Notes under the pieces: generated by a model
Seen by the model: only the letters and a program-made list of their open reading frames with translations
The model's database searches: none
Told to the model about the DNA's origin: nothing
In this document: positions 1-10,157 of the stretch, one piece after another
How positions within the stretch are numbered: position 1 is the first letter of the stretch
Layout of the letters: each line of letters starts with the position of its first letter
Origin: a virus
Lineage: Duplodnaviria; Caudoviricetes
Virus record (IMG/VR): IMGVR_UViG_3300030329_004704
Location: 1 to 28,917 of that record
DNA length: 28,917 nt
Reading direction: 5' to 3' (one strand)
Position numbers and translations under genes: made by a program

Positions 1-829
1 TTACTTGATCAGTATCTTGCGCCCAACTTTTTGCACTACCTCCTGTACTTGCTTGAGTACCTTGTGCATACTCTTTTGCTGAATAAGATGTACCATCTAC
101 TGTCCCTGAATTTTCTATAGCCCATTCTTTTGCTGCACCTTTGGAAGCTGTATCAGTAACTCCTGTACCACCTATTGCCCATGCTTTAGCTGCATGATCT
201 ACTTCACTTCCTGTTACTGATCCACCAGAATAGACTTTAACTCCTCCATCTACTTTCTGCGCCCAATCCTTTGCTTCTAGTTTGTAGTCATTCGTAGTTA
301 GTTCTGTGGCAGTTAATTGTCCTTTGTTTACTGCATCGTTATCTGCAGAACCATCTGCTACACTCTTAATGACCTTACTGTTTCCATCCCATTTATCATC
401 GGCAGCAAGTACAACACCACTAAGAGCTATATCCATTGCTTCCTGTGCAACGTGAAGAGTCTGGTTTGTACTATTATCTAAGTCTTGTTCTCTGATTACA
501 GATCCAGGTGCAAAGTCTACTTGTGCTGTAGAACGATTTGAGAGTCGATAAATCTTTACTGAAGATATATCACTTCCATTACTTACTAATGAAATCTTAG
601 TTGGGGCAGTAAGACTGTCCACATAAAATTCATGTGCAGGAGATTTATTCCCAGCATCAGTTGCATTGGCTACAGATCCATCTCCTTCTAGTTTAGTACC
701 ATCAACAAGAACTTCTAAGATTTCACCATTGTTTGCATCAAACTTAGCATTTGTTAAGGTATAATTATTTGTTCCTGATCGACCTAAGGAATCATAACTA
801 AATGGTCCTCGTCTTACTAGTGCTGGCAT
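1..829 (-). CDS. Tail fibre protein (T7 gp17-like N-terminal anchor domain), runs off the left window edge
   Basis: Absent from the ORF track. Manual translation from ATG at 829 is open to position 1: MPALVRRGPFSYDS...VKIYRLSNRSTAQVDFAPGSVIREQDLDNSTNQTLHVAQEAMD...KWDGNSKVIKSVADGSADNDAVNKGQL. The VDF..GS....DL....Q.LH.AQE and WD....I..VAD....DAV...QL blocks match the gp17 N-terminus. It directly follows the gp16-like gene. Confidence 0.9.
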   Translation of the reverse strand, partial: MPALVRRGPFSYDSLGRSGTNNYTLTNAKFDANNGEILEVLVDGTKLEGDGSVANATDAGNKSPAHEFYVDSLTAPTKISLVSNGSDISSVKIYRLSNRSTAQVDFAPGSVIREQDLDNSTNQTLHVAQEAMDIALSGVVLAADDKWDGNSKVIKSVADGSADNDAVNKGQLTATELTTNDYKLEAKDWAQKVDGGVKVYSGGSVTGSEVDHAAKAWAIGGTGVTDTASKGAAKEWAIENSGTVDGTSYSAKEYAQGTQASTGGSAKSWAQDTDQV

Positions 830-843
830 ATTATTACTCTAAA

Positions 844-3800
844 TTAATTCTGAAGGGATTGTTGTTGAAGCGCATGTCGTAATTGATCTGATAATTGTTT
901 ATTTCTTGGGTATTTAATAGGATTTGTTAAAAACTTCAAAGCTCGTTGCTTATTACGAATAAGTTGTGATTTTACAAGATCTCGTAATCTGTATTTAGTT
1001 CTCCTATTTTCTGGAAGATCCATAACCCCACTGTTTATTGCAGCCACCTGACTCTTAAAGTAACCATTATTAAATAGTTCTTTATTTAGTCTTCCTGCTT
1101 CTACAGCCCATGAATATCTTTGCTCTGGTGTAAGAACAATTCCAGGCCCTGCATTCCATTTTCTAGGATCTTCATAGTTAACTTCTAATCCTAAAATTAA
1201 ATCTGAAGTATTTGTACTAACTTGTTTTCTTCCAAATACAGGAATTCCTAATGTTTTAAGTCCTAGTGCAATTGAATCTACTTTGGTATCAGGAAGGTAT
1301 TTAACTAAATTTCCTTCAGGACCAACTAACCCATATAGTGCTTGTCCTACTTTTGGATTCCTAATATCAGTCCTGTCCATTAGAGCAACCTTCTCTGTTG
1401 CTTCTACAAATTCATCAATAGTCTTCTGAAGAAAAGTTCGTTTCTTAACCATTTCTGGTCTTTTGTCATCTCTGAGTCCTCCCCTTGCATCAATGTATTG
1501 TGGATCTGGTATTGACTTTTCATACATTTCCTTCTCTCCTTTTGAGGACATTGTTCTATAAGGCTGAAGAATCTTATGTCCTGCTCTACGGAGACTTGAG
1601 TAATTTGCAACCCAAGGGTTTACGAAATTGTTTAAGAACTTTGTAATTTCTCTTTGAGGATCTGGACCATACGGAGAGATTCCAGGAACAAAGTTTCCTG
1701 CAGTGTCCTGTACTCCTTGCATCATTGGGACATCCATAATCCAATCTCCAAGTGCATATAGAAACTTTTCTTTTAACTCTTCTCTTCGGTCTAGGGATTC
1801 CTGATGTAACTGTTCATCATCCATTAATGCCAGAGCATCTTCCCATTGGTCATGATACGATCCAAAGATTGCTCCTAAAGCCATAGAAGCTTTTAAAGGA
1901 TCTAAACGGTCTAAAGGCATAGTGTACTCTTCTCCATTTTCATCCCTATACATGATCTCTGGACTTCTTGTTCCTTCTACTTGTTTAATGTGTCTGGTCT
2001 TAGGATCTGCAGCATCAATCCCCTCCATAGTTAATTCAACTCCAGTTACTCCCTCAATGACTTTTTCTGGAATAGAAAGTACATTGTCTATGAACCATCC
2101 TCCCATTCCTTGATCATCCAATTTACTGCCTATGGTGTAACCCATTGAAGTAATCATTGCTCCTGATCCTATCTTTGCAAGAGTTTCCTGACGGTACAGT
2201 TCATCACTCATGAACCTCTTAGCATTCTCTGGATGAAGCTGCCTGAGAAACTTAGGAATTCCTCTCTCCCACAAATACTGTTTGTAAATGTTGGTCATTG
2301 TACGCATGAAGGAAAACTTGGATGCAACAAAAGTTCTTGCAGTATTGTCTGTAATATTTACTGCACCTTTGACTACATTTTCTCCTATATTTAAAGCAGT
2401 TTCTTTATCTAAAGTCTTATATTTAATTGGGTCTTTATGACTAACAATCCAATCCTTTGCTCCTCTGAAGTCTGAGGTTTCATTTTTGTATTTCTCTACC
2501 CTCCTCAGAACCCCATTAGGAGTCTCCTGCATTAATCCTATCTGTGCTCCACTCCTTGCTCTTTTAAGAAGTTCTTCATCAGGATTCCTGATCATATACA
2601 TATATGTTTCCTCTACCTTTTTAGGATCTAAAGCTTCTCCTGCTTGCTCTGCAATTTTTCTTTCGATATTTGTTGCTTCGATATAGGAGAGTTTATGTAA
2701 CTCCATTCGTTCAATAATGTTTCTCCAGAAACCATCAGTTGCTACAATAGCTCTTCCTGCGGCAGTTTGGATCAATCCTGCACTATTGACCATTAGCTTC
2801 ATAACTGATCCTATATCTCCTCTCATGAATGCAGTGTCCAAATACTCTCCAAATACTTCTGCAGTTAAACCTCTGGAAAGTGCAACATCTCCTACCCAAG
2901 GTAAGTTTATGGACTGTGTGGATGCTCTTAACTGATCTGATAGTTCATGTTTGGTTACGGAATCTACTTGCAGATTCTTTGCTGCTCGATATGCAGAACC
3001 TAAAGGTGATCTTTTACCAAAATGTGCTCCTGCAAATGTTTCCAAAAGAGCTTGAGATAATCCAAAGTTTGATGCGTTCACTGCACCGAAAGTCATCCCT
3101 TCTCCTTTACCTAACCATGTCTTACCAGTTCTTTTTCGGAATTCTCCTGAGATAGTATTCATTGTTGCCATAAAAAGACTTTCAAATCTTTCATTGATGG
3201 CATACGACATGATCCCAAGATTTGCAGCGGATTGAGTCATGATGTTACTTATCATCCCATTGACTGCACCTGACTTGATAGTTTCAAAAATATTGTATAA
3301 TGGTCCTTTTCTTTTCAGTAAATTAGCTGCCTGAAGAGGATCAGTTATCTCACCAGCATTTTCTGCAATTTCAATAAGATGTTCTTTTCCAGATTTACCA
3401 GAAGCTGAAGCACCTTGTATTATTTTTTCTAATACAGCTTCCGAAGATCCTAAGATGTTATTTCTGACTTGAAGTGTTCTACCAATATTTCCTGCAATCT
3501 TGACATCAGATTCCATTGCTCCCATGTACTTGAACAAATCTAGAAAGTATTCTGCATATTCTTTATTAGTAATATCTCTTTTTCCTTCGTTCCTTATTGC
3601 ATTTATTTTGTCTGAAGCTTTTATAAAATGATTAAATTCTGATGCAAGATATTGTCTTGATGCGTGCATTATGGCAGGAAAGGATGTTGATGTATCAGCG
3701 AATTTCTTTAACCACGAGCCAATATTATCTTCACCTATCCATGCTGTTATTTGTCTTTCTGCTACTTCAGCTTCTTCAAAAGTCTCATCCCATTTTTTAG

Positions 3801-5889
3801 TTCCTTGTTTGTAAAGAGAACTAAATATATCTGTAGCTTGAGCGAAGTATTTTTTTCGATCTGCATCACTGGTTATCCTATCAACATTAAATATCTCATG
3901 AGTAGTACCCTCAAAGTTTGCAGGATCTTTTACAGCTTTTTCTGCAATTTCTCTTTTTAAAGCGTTGACAGATATCTTTCTATTTTTTGCTTCTACATCG
4001 AGATCTTTAAGTGTAAGTGGTTCTCTTGTCCCTCCAGGAATATCAATGGTTGTTCCTCCCTTTAAAGGTTGTTTTGGAACAACAGTTTTGATTGGAACAA
4101 TAGATCTAGTATCCTCATCCCAATCATATCCCTTTGAACGCATGATTCCACGCAGACTTCCATCTTGATCTGCTTTAAGTAATTTCTGTACTTCTGTTCT
4201 TGCTTTCTCTTTAATTGTTTCGATGTTTGCAAGTTTTCCTTCTTGTTTAGCTTTTCTAGCTGCATGTGGAACCCTTTCAGAAGCTTCTTTTGGAAACAAG
4301 TACTTAATCTTATCCCACCATGATGATCCAGTTTTAAGCATATCCCCTGCTTTACTTACTGCTTCATCTGTTAGTGGTTTACTCCAGTTATATGCAACTC
4401 TTCCCATCAAAAGAAGAGTAGGCATAAAAGCATTTAATCCTGTAGATTCAAAGGATGTATCTATAAATGCTTTATATCTTTTTGCAAAGGTAGAATCATC
4501 TGGAGAATCCTTCATAAATTCAATCCACTCTCCTGATGCTCCTAATTCTTCCAGAAAAGGAATTAGTCTATGTTCAGGTGATTGGAGTAATGTTCCTCCT
4601 GCTACTGGAGCTAGAAGATCTTTTACTTTCTTATTAGCCTGTTGAAGTGCTTGTCCTGTAGTAAGTGGTTTGTTGCCCTTATGCATAAGTATGGGTTTCC
4701 ACTTACTTATGAATTTTGTACCCCATTTTACCATCGGTCCACCTACCATTATAGACACTCCAAATTCACCCATTGGTGCGAGTAATTGTCCTGTCATAGA
4801 ATTTGGTTGAGGTTTCTCTCCTGCAAGTACTCCGTAATTAAATAACTTTTGAACTAGTTCTGTTGTTTCTTCATCTGCTAATGCAACAGCTTCATCCTGT
4901 CCCATCCCCTTCATCTTGTTACCAATAGTTAGTATTTGATGTATAGGAGTGTATGCAATCAATCCAAGAGTATCTGCAATGACTTCCCCTGCAGAATAAC
5001 CAATGTTTCCTCCAATGGCAGGAAGATCTAAAACTACCTTTGCAGATTCTTTTGCAGATCCTTTAACAAAGGTTTTGATACTTTCGGCAACCTTAAAATT
5101 ACTAACTAAAGGACTTTCCTGTGGAAGAAGAAGAGGACGTTTTTTCTCATTAATCTCTTCTCTTAAATATTCCTTCAGTAACTCTGCACCTGGAGTTGTA
5201 TTAGAAACTGGAAACCGTTGTTCAATCTGTTTTAATAATGTCGAGTTATCTTTTGACAGTACTGGTTTACTACCATCTCCTGACATCTTTAATAATGGAA
5301 ACTCTCGTGTCAGATCCATACCAGCAAATTGACCATTTTCTGGATCAAAACCTATAGTTTTGGAATCTCTTGCATTTAAAAAATTCTCTATTGATTTATA
5401 ACTGGCAGTAGGATGGTTTGCTAAATCAATCATTACCTGTGATAACCCATTATAATTGACACTAACTTCATCAGGTAATAATGCAGAAGTGAGAGATATT
5501 TCCTGTTTATCTCTTTCCTGTTGTGAAAGTTGTTGTTTGTAACTATGATCTCTTCTAAGTTGACCTATAGTGTCACTCAATTGTTTACTGTATTGATCAG
5601 CTTCTTCTTGGGTATCAAAAAGTAAGTAATCATCTTCCACAAGAGCACGGTCATAAACATCTTGATCTTCCAATTTAACTAGGTGCTTTTCTCCTTCTGG
5701 AGTAGTCTCTTGTCTTATTGACGGAGCTAGTATGAATTTACCATCTTGTTCAGGCCCAAAAACCATAGTCTTAATAGACTCATTTTCTTCTGTAGTTTCA
5801 GAAGTAGGATCTAATGCTCTGTCCAACCATCCAAAAGAAGATTTACCTCTCATCGGATCAGTTTTGGGAATATTTTCTGTTGGTTCCAT
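844..5889 (-). CDS. Large internal virion (ejectosome) protein, T7 gp16-like position
   Basis: 1681-aa ORF between the gp15-like gene and the tail fibre. Size and synteny fit gp16, but no catalytic motif was recognised. Confidence 0.75.
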   Translation of the reverse strand: MEPTENIPKTDPMRGKSSFGWLDRALDPTSETTEENESIKTMVFGPEQDGKFILAPSIRQETTPEGEKHLVKLEDQDVYDRALVEDDYLLFDTQEEADQYSKQLSDTIGQLRRDHSYKQQLSQQERDKQEISLTSALLPDEVSVNYNGLSQVMIDLANHPTASYKSIENFLNARDSKTIGFDPENGQFAGMDLTREFPLLKMSGDGSKPVLSKDNSTLLKQIEQRFPVSNTTPGAELLKEYLREEINEKKRPLLLPQESPLVSNFKVAESIKTFVKGSAKESAKVVLDLPAIGGNIGYSAGEVIADTLGLIAYTPIHQILTIGNKMKGMGQDEAVALADEETTELVQKLFNYGVLAGEKPQPNSMTGQLLAPMGEFGVSIMVGGPMVKWGTKFISKWKPILMHKGNKPLTTGQALQQANKKVKDLLAPVAGGTLLQSPEHRLIPFLEELGASGEWIEFMKDSPDDSTFAKRYKAFIDTSFESTGLNAFMPTLLLMGRVAYNWSKPLTDEAVSKAGDMLKTGSSWWDKIKYLFPKEASERVPHAARKAKQEGKLANIETIKEKARTEVQKLLKADQDGSLRGIMRSKGYDWDEDTRSIVPIKTVVPKQPLKGGTTIDIPGGTREPLTLKDLDVEAKNRKISVNALKREIAEKAVKDPANFEGTTHEIFNVDRITSDADRKKYFAQATDIFSSLYKQGTKKWDETFEEAEVAERQITAWIGEDNIGSWLKKFADTSTSFPAIMHASRQYLASEFNHFIKASDKINAIRNEGKRDITNKEYAEYFLDLFKYMGAMESDVKIAGNIGRTLQVRNNILGSSEAVLEKIIQGASASGKSGKEHLIEIAENAGEITDPLQAANLLKRKGPLYNIFETIKSGAVNGMISNIMTQSAANLGIMSYAINERFESLFMATMNTISGEFRKRTGKTWLGKGEGMTFGAVNASNFGLSQALLETFAGAHFGKRSPLGSAYRAAKNLQVDSVTKHELSDQLRASTQSINLPWVGDVALSRGLTAEVFGEYLDTAFMRGDIGSVMKLMVNSAGLIQTAAGRAIVATDGFWRNIIERMELHKLSYIEATNIERKIAEQAGEALDPKKVEETYMYMIRNPDEELLKRARSGAQIGLMQETPNGVLRRVEKYKNETSDFRGAKDWIVSHKDPIKYKTLDKETALNIGENVVKGAVNITDNTARTFVASKFSFMRTMTNIYKQYLWERGIPKFLRQLHPENAKRFMSDELYRQETLAKIGSGAMITSMGYTIGSKLDDQGMGGWFIDNVLSIPEKVIEGVTGVELTMEGIDAADPKTRHIKQVEGTRSPEIMYRDENGEEYTMPLDRLDPLKASMALGAIFGSYHDQWEDALALMDDEQLHQESLDRREELKEKFLYALGDWIMDVPMMQGVQDTAGNFVPGISPYGPDPQREITKFLNNFVNPWVANYSSLRRAGHKILQPYRTMSSKGEKEMYEKSIPDPQYIDARGGLRDDKRPEMVKKRTFLQKTIDEFVEATEKVALMDRTDIRNPKVGQALYGLVGPEGNLVKYLPDTKVDSIALGLKTLGIPVFGRKQVSTNTSDLILGLEVNYEDPRKWNAGPGIVLTPEQRYSWAVEAGRLNKELFNNGYFKSQVAAINSGVMDLPENRRTKYRLRDLVKSQLIRNKQRALKFLTNPIKYPRNKQLSDQLRHALQQQSLQN

Positions 5890-5898
5890 ATGTTTTAC

Positions 5899-8800
5899 TT
5901 AACTACCGTCTGGAATGTACTGTTTGGTGTGTTTAGCAACTTCAAATCCAAAAAATTCATATATAGAATTGTAACTTTGGTTTGGTCCTGCATTAACAAT
6001 ATTAGTGGTGGTGTCTCCTCCCTTACCTCCTTCCGTAGCAATTGGTGGTAAATTTGTATCCGTATTCTTATTCTTACTGTCCCAGTATGCATCCCAATTA
6101 TTATCATAGATTTTAAACTTAGAATTCCAATCTGGACCCATTACACGTTTTTCAGCTTCTGGATTAAATATTCTATCTACATACTCTTGAACAGCTTTTT
6201 GTTTTTGGCTTTTTGTTTTTGCTGCCCATTCAGGTTTTGCTGTTTCTGCGGTATACCATCCTTCAAATGTACTTCTTGCTTGATCGTATAATTGGTTTCC
6301 TTCTCTTCCTCCTTTGTCTAAGAACTCACTAGGATCATCGAATTTACCCCAACGTCCTTTAAAGTACGAAGAAATAGTCTTTAAGCCATCAACCCTTGGA
6401 TCAACTGTAGTTGGATCTTTTGGGTCTATAGCTTTTAGCATTCCTGTAAGATCGTCATATGCTTGTGTAGGAAGACCATACGCTTGATAATCTTCTCGAA
6501 GTTTAATCTTTATTCGAGCAATCTCATCTTTTATTTTTTTATCAGTATCTAAGGTTGCTATTTTTTCTATTTCCGTTTCATATTCTACATATTTCTTTGG
6601 ATCTAAATCTTTGGAATCAGGAACCTTATTTGAATTCTTGACTTTTAAATCATCAATTTCTCCTCGTAAAGCATCTCTTCTTTTTTCATCAAAAACAAAA
6701 GTATCTACAGAATCTGCACCTTCTAATTGAAATTTCTGATATTTCGCTGAGATTGCATTTTCGGCAGCTTTTATATTCTCAGGTGTATAAGCTGTTTTTA
6801 GAAGTCTAACTGCTTTAATTGCATTCTCTTCAAGTTTTGCATGTTCAAGTTTGGATTCTTCTACAAGCTTTGTTCTCTCTTCTAACTCTGCTTCTTTTTG
6901 TTCTGGAGATTTCTTAGCTTCAAGTATATTGTGTATCTTGGCAATCTCATCTAAGTAACTCCTGTTGGCAGGATCATTACTCATAACATTTTGAAAATCC
7001 TCATCCTCTGTATATTTTTTCTCAAGTGCTAGTAATGCTGTTTGACCCTTTGTACTGTCCATTTCTTTTATAACACCCAATTCTTTTGTCAAACCCGACA
7101 TTTTTTTGTTGGCAGCTTTTCGATCTACTTTTATCTTATTTAATTTTTCTCTGGCTTTATCTGCACTTAATACTCCATTGGCACGTTCAGTAACAATTCT
7201 TCCTAGTTCCTTCCTGAGAGAAGGATTCTTAATTTTTCCAACTATTTTCTGTAAGTTTTGTACGTTTCCTGTCTCTGGATCAAATGCCTGATCTGCCTCA
7301 AAAAACTTATCTTGTTGGGCAGAATCATATTTATCATCTTCAGCTTTTTGTAATTTTTCTTCTGTATCTTCTTTTGTTAAAATAAGTGCTTCTCTTTCAC
7401 CAATAAGTCTTTCTTTGTCTACAGCTTGAAGATCTTCTCTTGCATTAATCTTTGTTTGATAATCATCAAAACCATCTCTTAATTCTGCAGATGTTTTTTC
7501 TTTGGTAGATACTCTGGCAGAAGTTTGTAGTTTTGCAGTCTCCTGTGTGCTTATATTTTTTTCTATTACATCTTGAGCTTTTTTAAGTTCAAGTTTTTTA
7601 GTTAGAGTTTTTTCATAACCTTCCAATGCTTTTATTTTTGCATTAAACTCTCTTCCATTCATACCACCAAACATCCCAAGAATTTCTCTTTTCTTATCCT
7701 GTAATTCTATGGGATCATCTATGTTTGAAATTTCCTCTACAAATACATTTACTTTATTTTGTTCATCTTCTGTAAGTTGTTGCCGTGTTGCTTTTGTTGG
7801 GTCCATTCCTTCAAGTTGAATAATTACATCTCCAATATCATCAATTAAACCCAGATCACCTTTCTGCCACGATTCTTTATCTTTATAGAGTGTTTTTAAT
7901 GCATCCAATGCATCTAAATCCAAAGTGCCTTGTGTTCTTAGAATTTGTGCTTGAGCGTGCATACTCTTAACTGTTTCAGTATGCTTATCCTTAATATTTT
8001 GAGTTGCAGTATCAGACTTACTTTTTTCTTCTCTTTCTAATTCTATTATTCTTTTATTTGCAGCATCCCTAAGATTTGCATACTGTTTCCCAGTTCCATT
8101 CGGATCATTTGGATCTAGATCAAGAATTTTATGTGCATCTGGACTATTAAAAACTGCTTCAATAGAATCAAAAATAGGATCGTCTGAGGATTTTGCTAAG
8201 AATATTTTATCTGAAAATTCTTTTATGAAAGCACCGTGTACTTCTTTCTTAGTAAATATTCCTCGTTCCTCACCATGTTCTGTAAGTTGCTTACCTCTTA
8301 GTTGGTCTACTTGCCTAAGTAAATCTGTAGCCGCAGAAATTGTTTTTCCTGACTTTGTTTTTGTAGTAGGAAGTTTCCTATCTTCATACCAACTTTGAAC
8401 TCCATCAGTTAAAAGTTTTCCTTTTACTTCTGCACGATGCGCTTGAGTTTCTTTGGCAATTGCTAACTCATACGAATTGTAATTTATCTTGTCTGCAAAT
8501 TCGCCTATATGAGGAAGGTGTCCAAGAGAGTCTGCGTAATGTTTATTTTTTTCCTCAGTTAAAGCTGTTGCAGCCCATTTATCAAAAGGTGTCCCTAACC
8601 ATCCAGATTTATCATCTGTGTACCCTTTCTTCCAAACCTTAAACATTTCTGAAACATGCTTATCTGCACCGTCATCTAGCTTCTTTTGAAACTTCTCAAC
8701 TTTCCGTCCAGTGAATGCTTTCTCGTACTCCTCTCTGTACACTGGATTCATAATGTCAGGATTACCCTTAACATTAAACTTTGTAAGGTTAGGGTCAGGA

Positions 8801-9129
8801 GGTGCTCCACTATCTAGTTCTGGTATTCCATGTGCAGTTTTATAATCTTGTCCACCAGATTCTAGTAGTCTTCTATTGGCTTCAATTCTTAATCTTGATC
8901 TCTCCTCATCTGCCCTTTTAGTTGCAAGTTCCTCTTCAAGTTTTGCTTCTTTTTCCTGTTTAGCCTGTTGCATCTGGTAGGCTCGTACACCTTTATCCGT
9001 TAAGGTAGATACATTGTCTGCAAAGTTTTGCAGTTGTTGACTCGCAGAATGGTCAGGACCACCTTTAGTTAATTGGGGAACACTTCTTCTCTGAGCTGCA
9101 CCTGAGATATTAAGTCCTTGTCGAGCCAT
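5899..9129 (-). CDS. Internal virion protein, T7 gp15-like position
   Basis: 1076-aa ORF rich in K/E/D and likely helical. The N-terminus MAR...SQQLQNFADNVSTL followed by QQAKQEKE is typical of gp15-type proteins, and the position fits. Confidence 0.7.
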   Translation of the reverse strand: MARQGLNISGAAQRRSVPQLTKGGPDHSASQQLQNFADNVSTLTDKGVRAYQMQQAKQEKEAKLEEELATKRADEERSRLRIEANRRLLESGGQDYKTAHGIPELDSGAPPDPNLTKFNVKGNPDIMNPVYREEYEKAFTGRKVEKFQKKLDDGADKHVSEMFKVWKKGYTDDKSGWLGTPFDKWAATALTEEKNKHYADSLGHLPHIGEFADKINYNSYELAIAKETQAHRAEVKGKLLTDGVQSWYEDRKLPTTKTKSGKTISAATDLLRQVDQLRGKQLTEHGEERGIFTKKEVHGAFIKEFSDKIFLAKSSDDPIFDSIEAVFNSPDAHKILDLDPNDPNGTGKQYANLRDAANKRIIELEREEKSKSDTATQNIKDKHTETVKSMHAQAQILRTQGTLDLDALDALKTLYKDKESWQKGDLGLIDDIGDVIIQLEGMDPTKATRQQLTEDEQNKVNVFVEEISNIDDPIELQDKKREILGMFGGMNGREFNAKIKALEGYEKTLTKKLELKKAQDVIEKNISTQETAKLQTSARVSTKEKTSAELRDGFDDYQTKINAREDLQAVDKERLIGEREALILTKEDTEEKLQKAEDDKYDSAQQDKFFEADQAFDPETGNVQNLQKIVGKIKNPSLRKELGRIVTERANGVLSADKAREKLNKIKVDRKAANKKMSGLTKELGVIKEMDSTKGQTALLALEKKYTEDEDFQNVMSNDPANRSYLDEIAKIHNILEAKKSPEQKEAELEERTKLVEESKLEHAKLEENAIKAVRLLKTAYTPENIKAAENAISAKYQKFQLEGADSVDTFVFDEKRRDALRGEIDDLKVKNSNKVPDSKDLDPKKYVEYETEIEKIATLDTDKKIKDEIARIKIKLREDYQAYGLPTQAYDDLTGMLKAIDPKDPTTVDPRVDGLKTISSYFKGRWGKFDDPSEFLDKGGREGNQLYDQARSTFEGWYTAETAKPEWAAKTKSQKQKAVQEYVDRIFNPEAEKRVMGPDWNSKFKIYDNNWDAYWDSKNKNTDTNLPPIATEGGKGGDTTTNIVNAGPNQSYNSIYEFFGFEVAKHTKQYIPDGS

Positions 9130-9141
9130 TAAATACCTTTC

Positions 9142-9678
9142 TTATGACATTGCATATGCATCTACACCTGCACCAGCGAGATCCATAAATAACTGTGCTC
9201 CTCCATCACCTCTTCGATAACTAGTACTATCAATAGAAGCTTGTGCATCAAGAAACGCCATATCCATTCCAAATTTTATTTCTCGTTCCTGAATCCCATA
9301 CTGAGTTTCTTTGTCTTCCATTTCTTTAATAAATTTATTTTCTGCCATTAATACTTCACCCACTGCCCTATCCGCTGCGAATTCAGTACTTTGTCCTTCT
9401 GGTGCTCCTGAAGCTTTTACACTTGCAGTTCTTCTTAACATTTCTAAATTATTTTCTACTTTCTGTTCGGCTGTAATATCTTCATCACTAACCCTCATTC
9501 GGTCAATATCAGCAAAACTCTGCCTTGCACCAGCATATTGAATTCTAAGTCTCTTTTTAGTTGCTAAGTCTTTTCGTTGCTTCCAAACATTGTATTCTTT
9601 ATTTGCTACATTCCTAGCATGTTGACTTAAAATTGCCCGAAAAGCTCCTGCACCACCTTTTGCTGCCGCTGCGCTCAT
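9142..9678 (-). CDS. Internal virion protein, T7 gp14-like
   Basis: 178 aa with an Ala/Gly-rich N-terminus, a central ASVKASGAPEGQS block (gp14 A..SG..G.S-type) and a hydrophobic Gly/Ala C-terminus. An AAGGA SD is present and the start overlaps the upstream stop (ATGA). Confidence 0.75.
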   Translation of the reverse strand: MSAAAAKGGAGAFRAILSQHARNVANKEYNVWKQRKDLATKKRLRIQYAGARQSFADIDRMRVSDEDITAEQKVENNLEMLRRTASVKASGAPEGQSTEFAADRAVGEVLMAENKFIKEMEDKETQYGIQEREIKFGMDMAFLDAQASIDSTSYRRGDGGAQLFMDLAGAGVDAYAMS

Positions 9679-10157
9679 AAATATTCCTTATACTTTTCAA
9701 ATTTAATAAAAGGGATTCTAAGAAATCCGTAATGTTCTACAGTTTGTGTAAACTGAAATCCTAAATGTTTAAGCCAAGTAATAGATTCTTTATTTCTTTT
9801 GTCTACATAGTTATACATTGCAGGGTACATCTCTCCCATATGTTCTATCCAAGACCTACTACTTTTGAGAAAACTTCTTTTGTTCTTTTGTTTCCAAACA
9901 TTAAAATATTCTGTTCTCAGAAACCAAGGGATACCTTCTCCACGTTGCTCTACACCTACTCCTCCAATTCCAAGTAGCTTATCGTCATCAAAATAACATA
10001 TTAACTGGTCACTACTCATTATGGATGAAACAAGAGCTTCTCTAGGATTTTGTCCAGAGGTTGCAAATACTTCATCTCTATCCCCTTTACACATGTTCTC
10101 CGCTAAAAGATCAATATACGAAGGTTCAAATGACTTCACATGATCCTTGTAATACAT
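9675..10157 (-). CDS. T7 gp13-like protein (internal virion protein A family, putative GNAT fold)
   Basis: 160 aa with the motifs D.DEV.A..G, GIGGV....G.PW.L.T and MYNYVDKRNKESITWLKHLGFQF (GNAT motif B-like N..S..WL..LGF). It lies directly after tail tube B, as T7 gene 13 does. Confidence 0.85.
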   Translation of the reverse strand: MYYKDHVKSFEPSYIDLLAENMCKGDRDEVFATSGQNPREALVSSIMSSDQLICYFDDDKLLGIGGVGVEQRGEGIPWFLRTEYFNVWKQKNKRSFLKSSRSWIEHMGEMYPAMYNYVDKRNKESITWLKHLGFQFTQTVEHYGFLRIPFIKFEKYKEYL

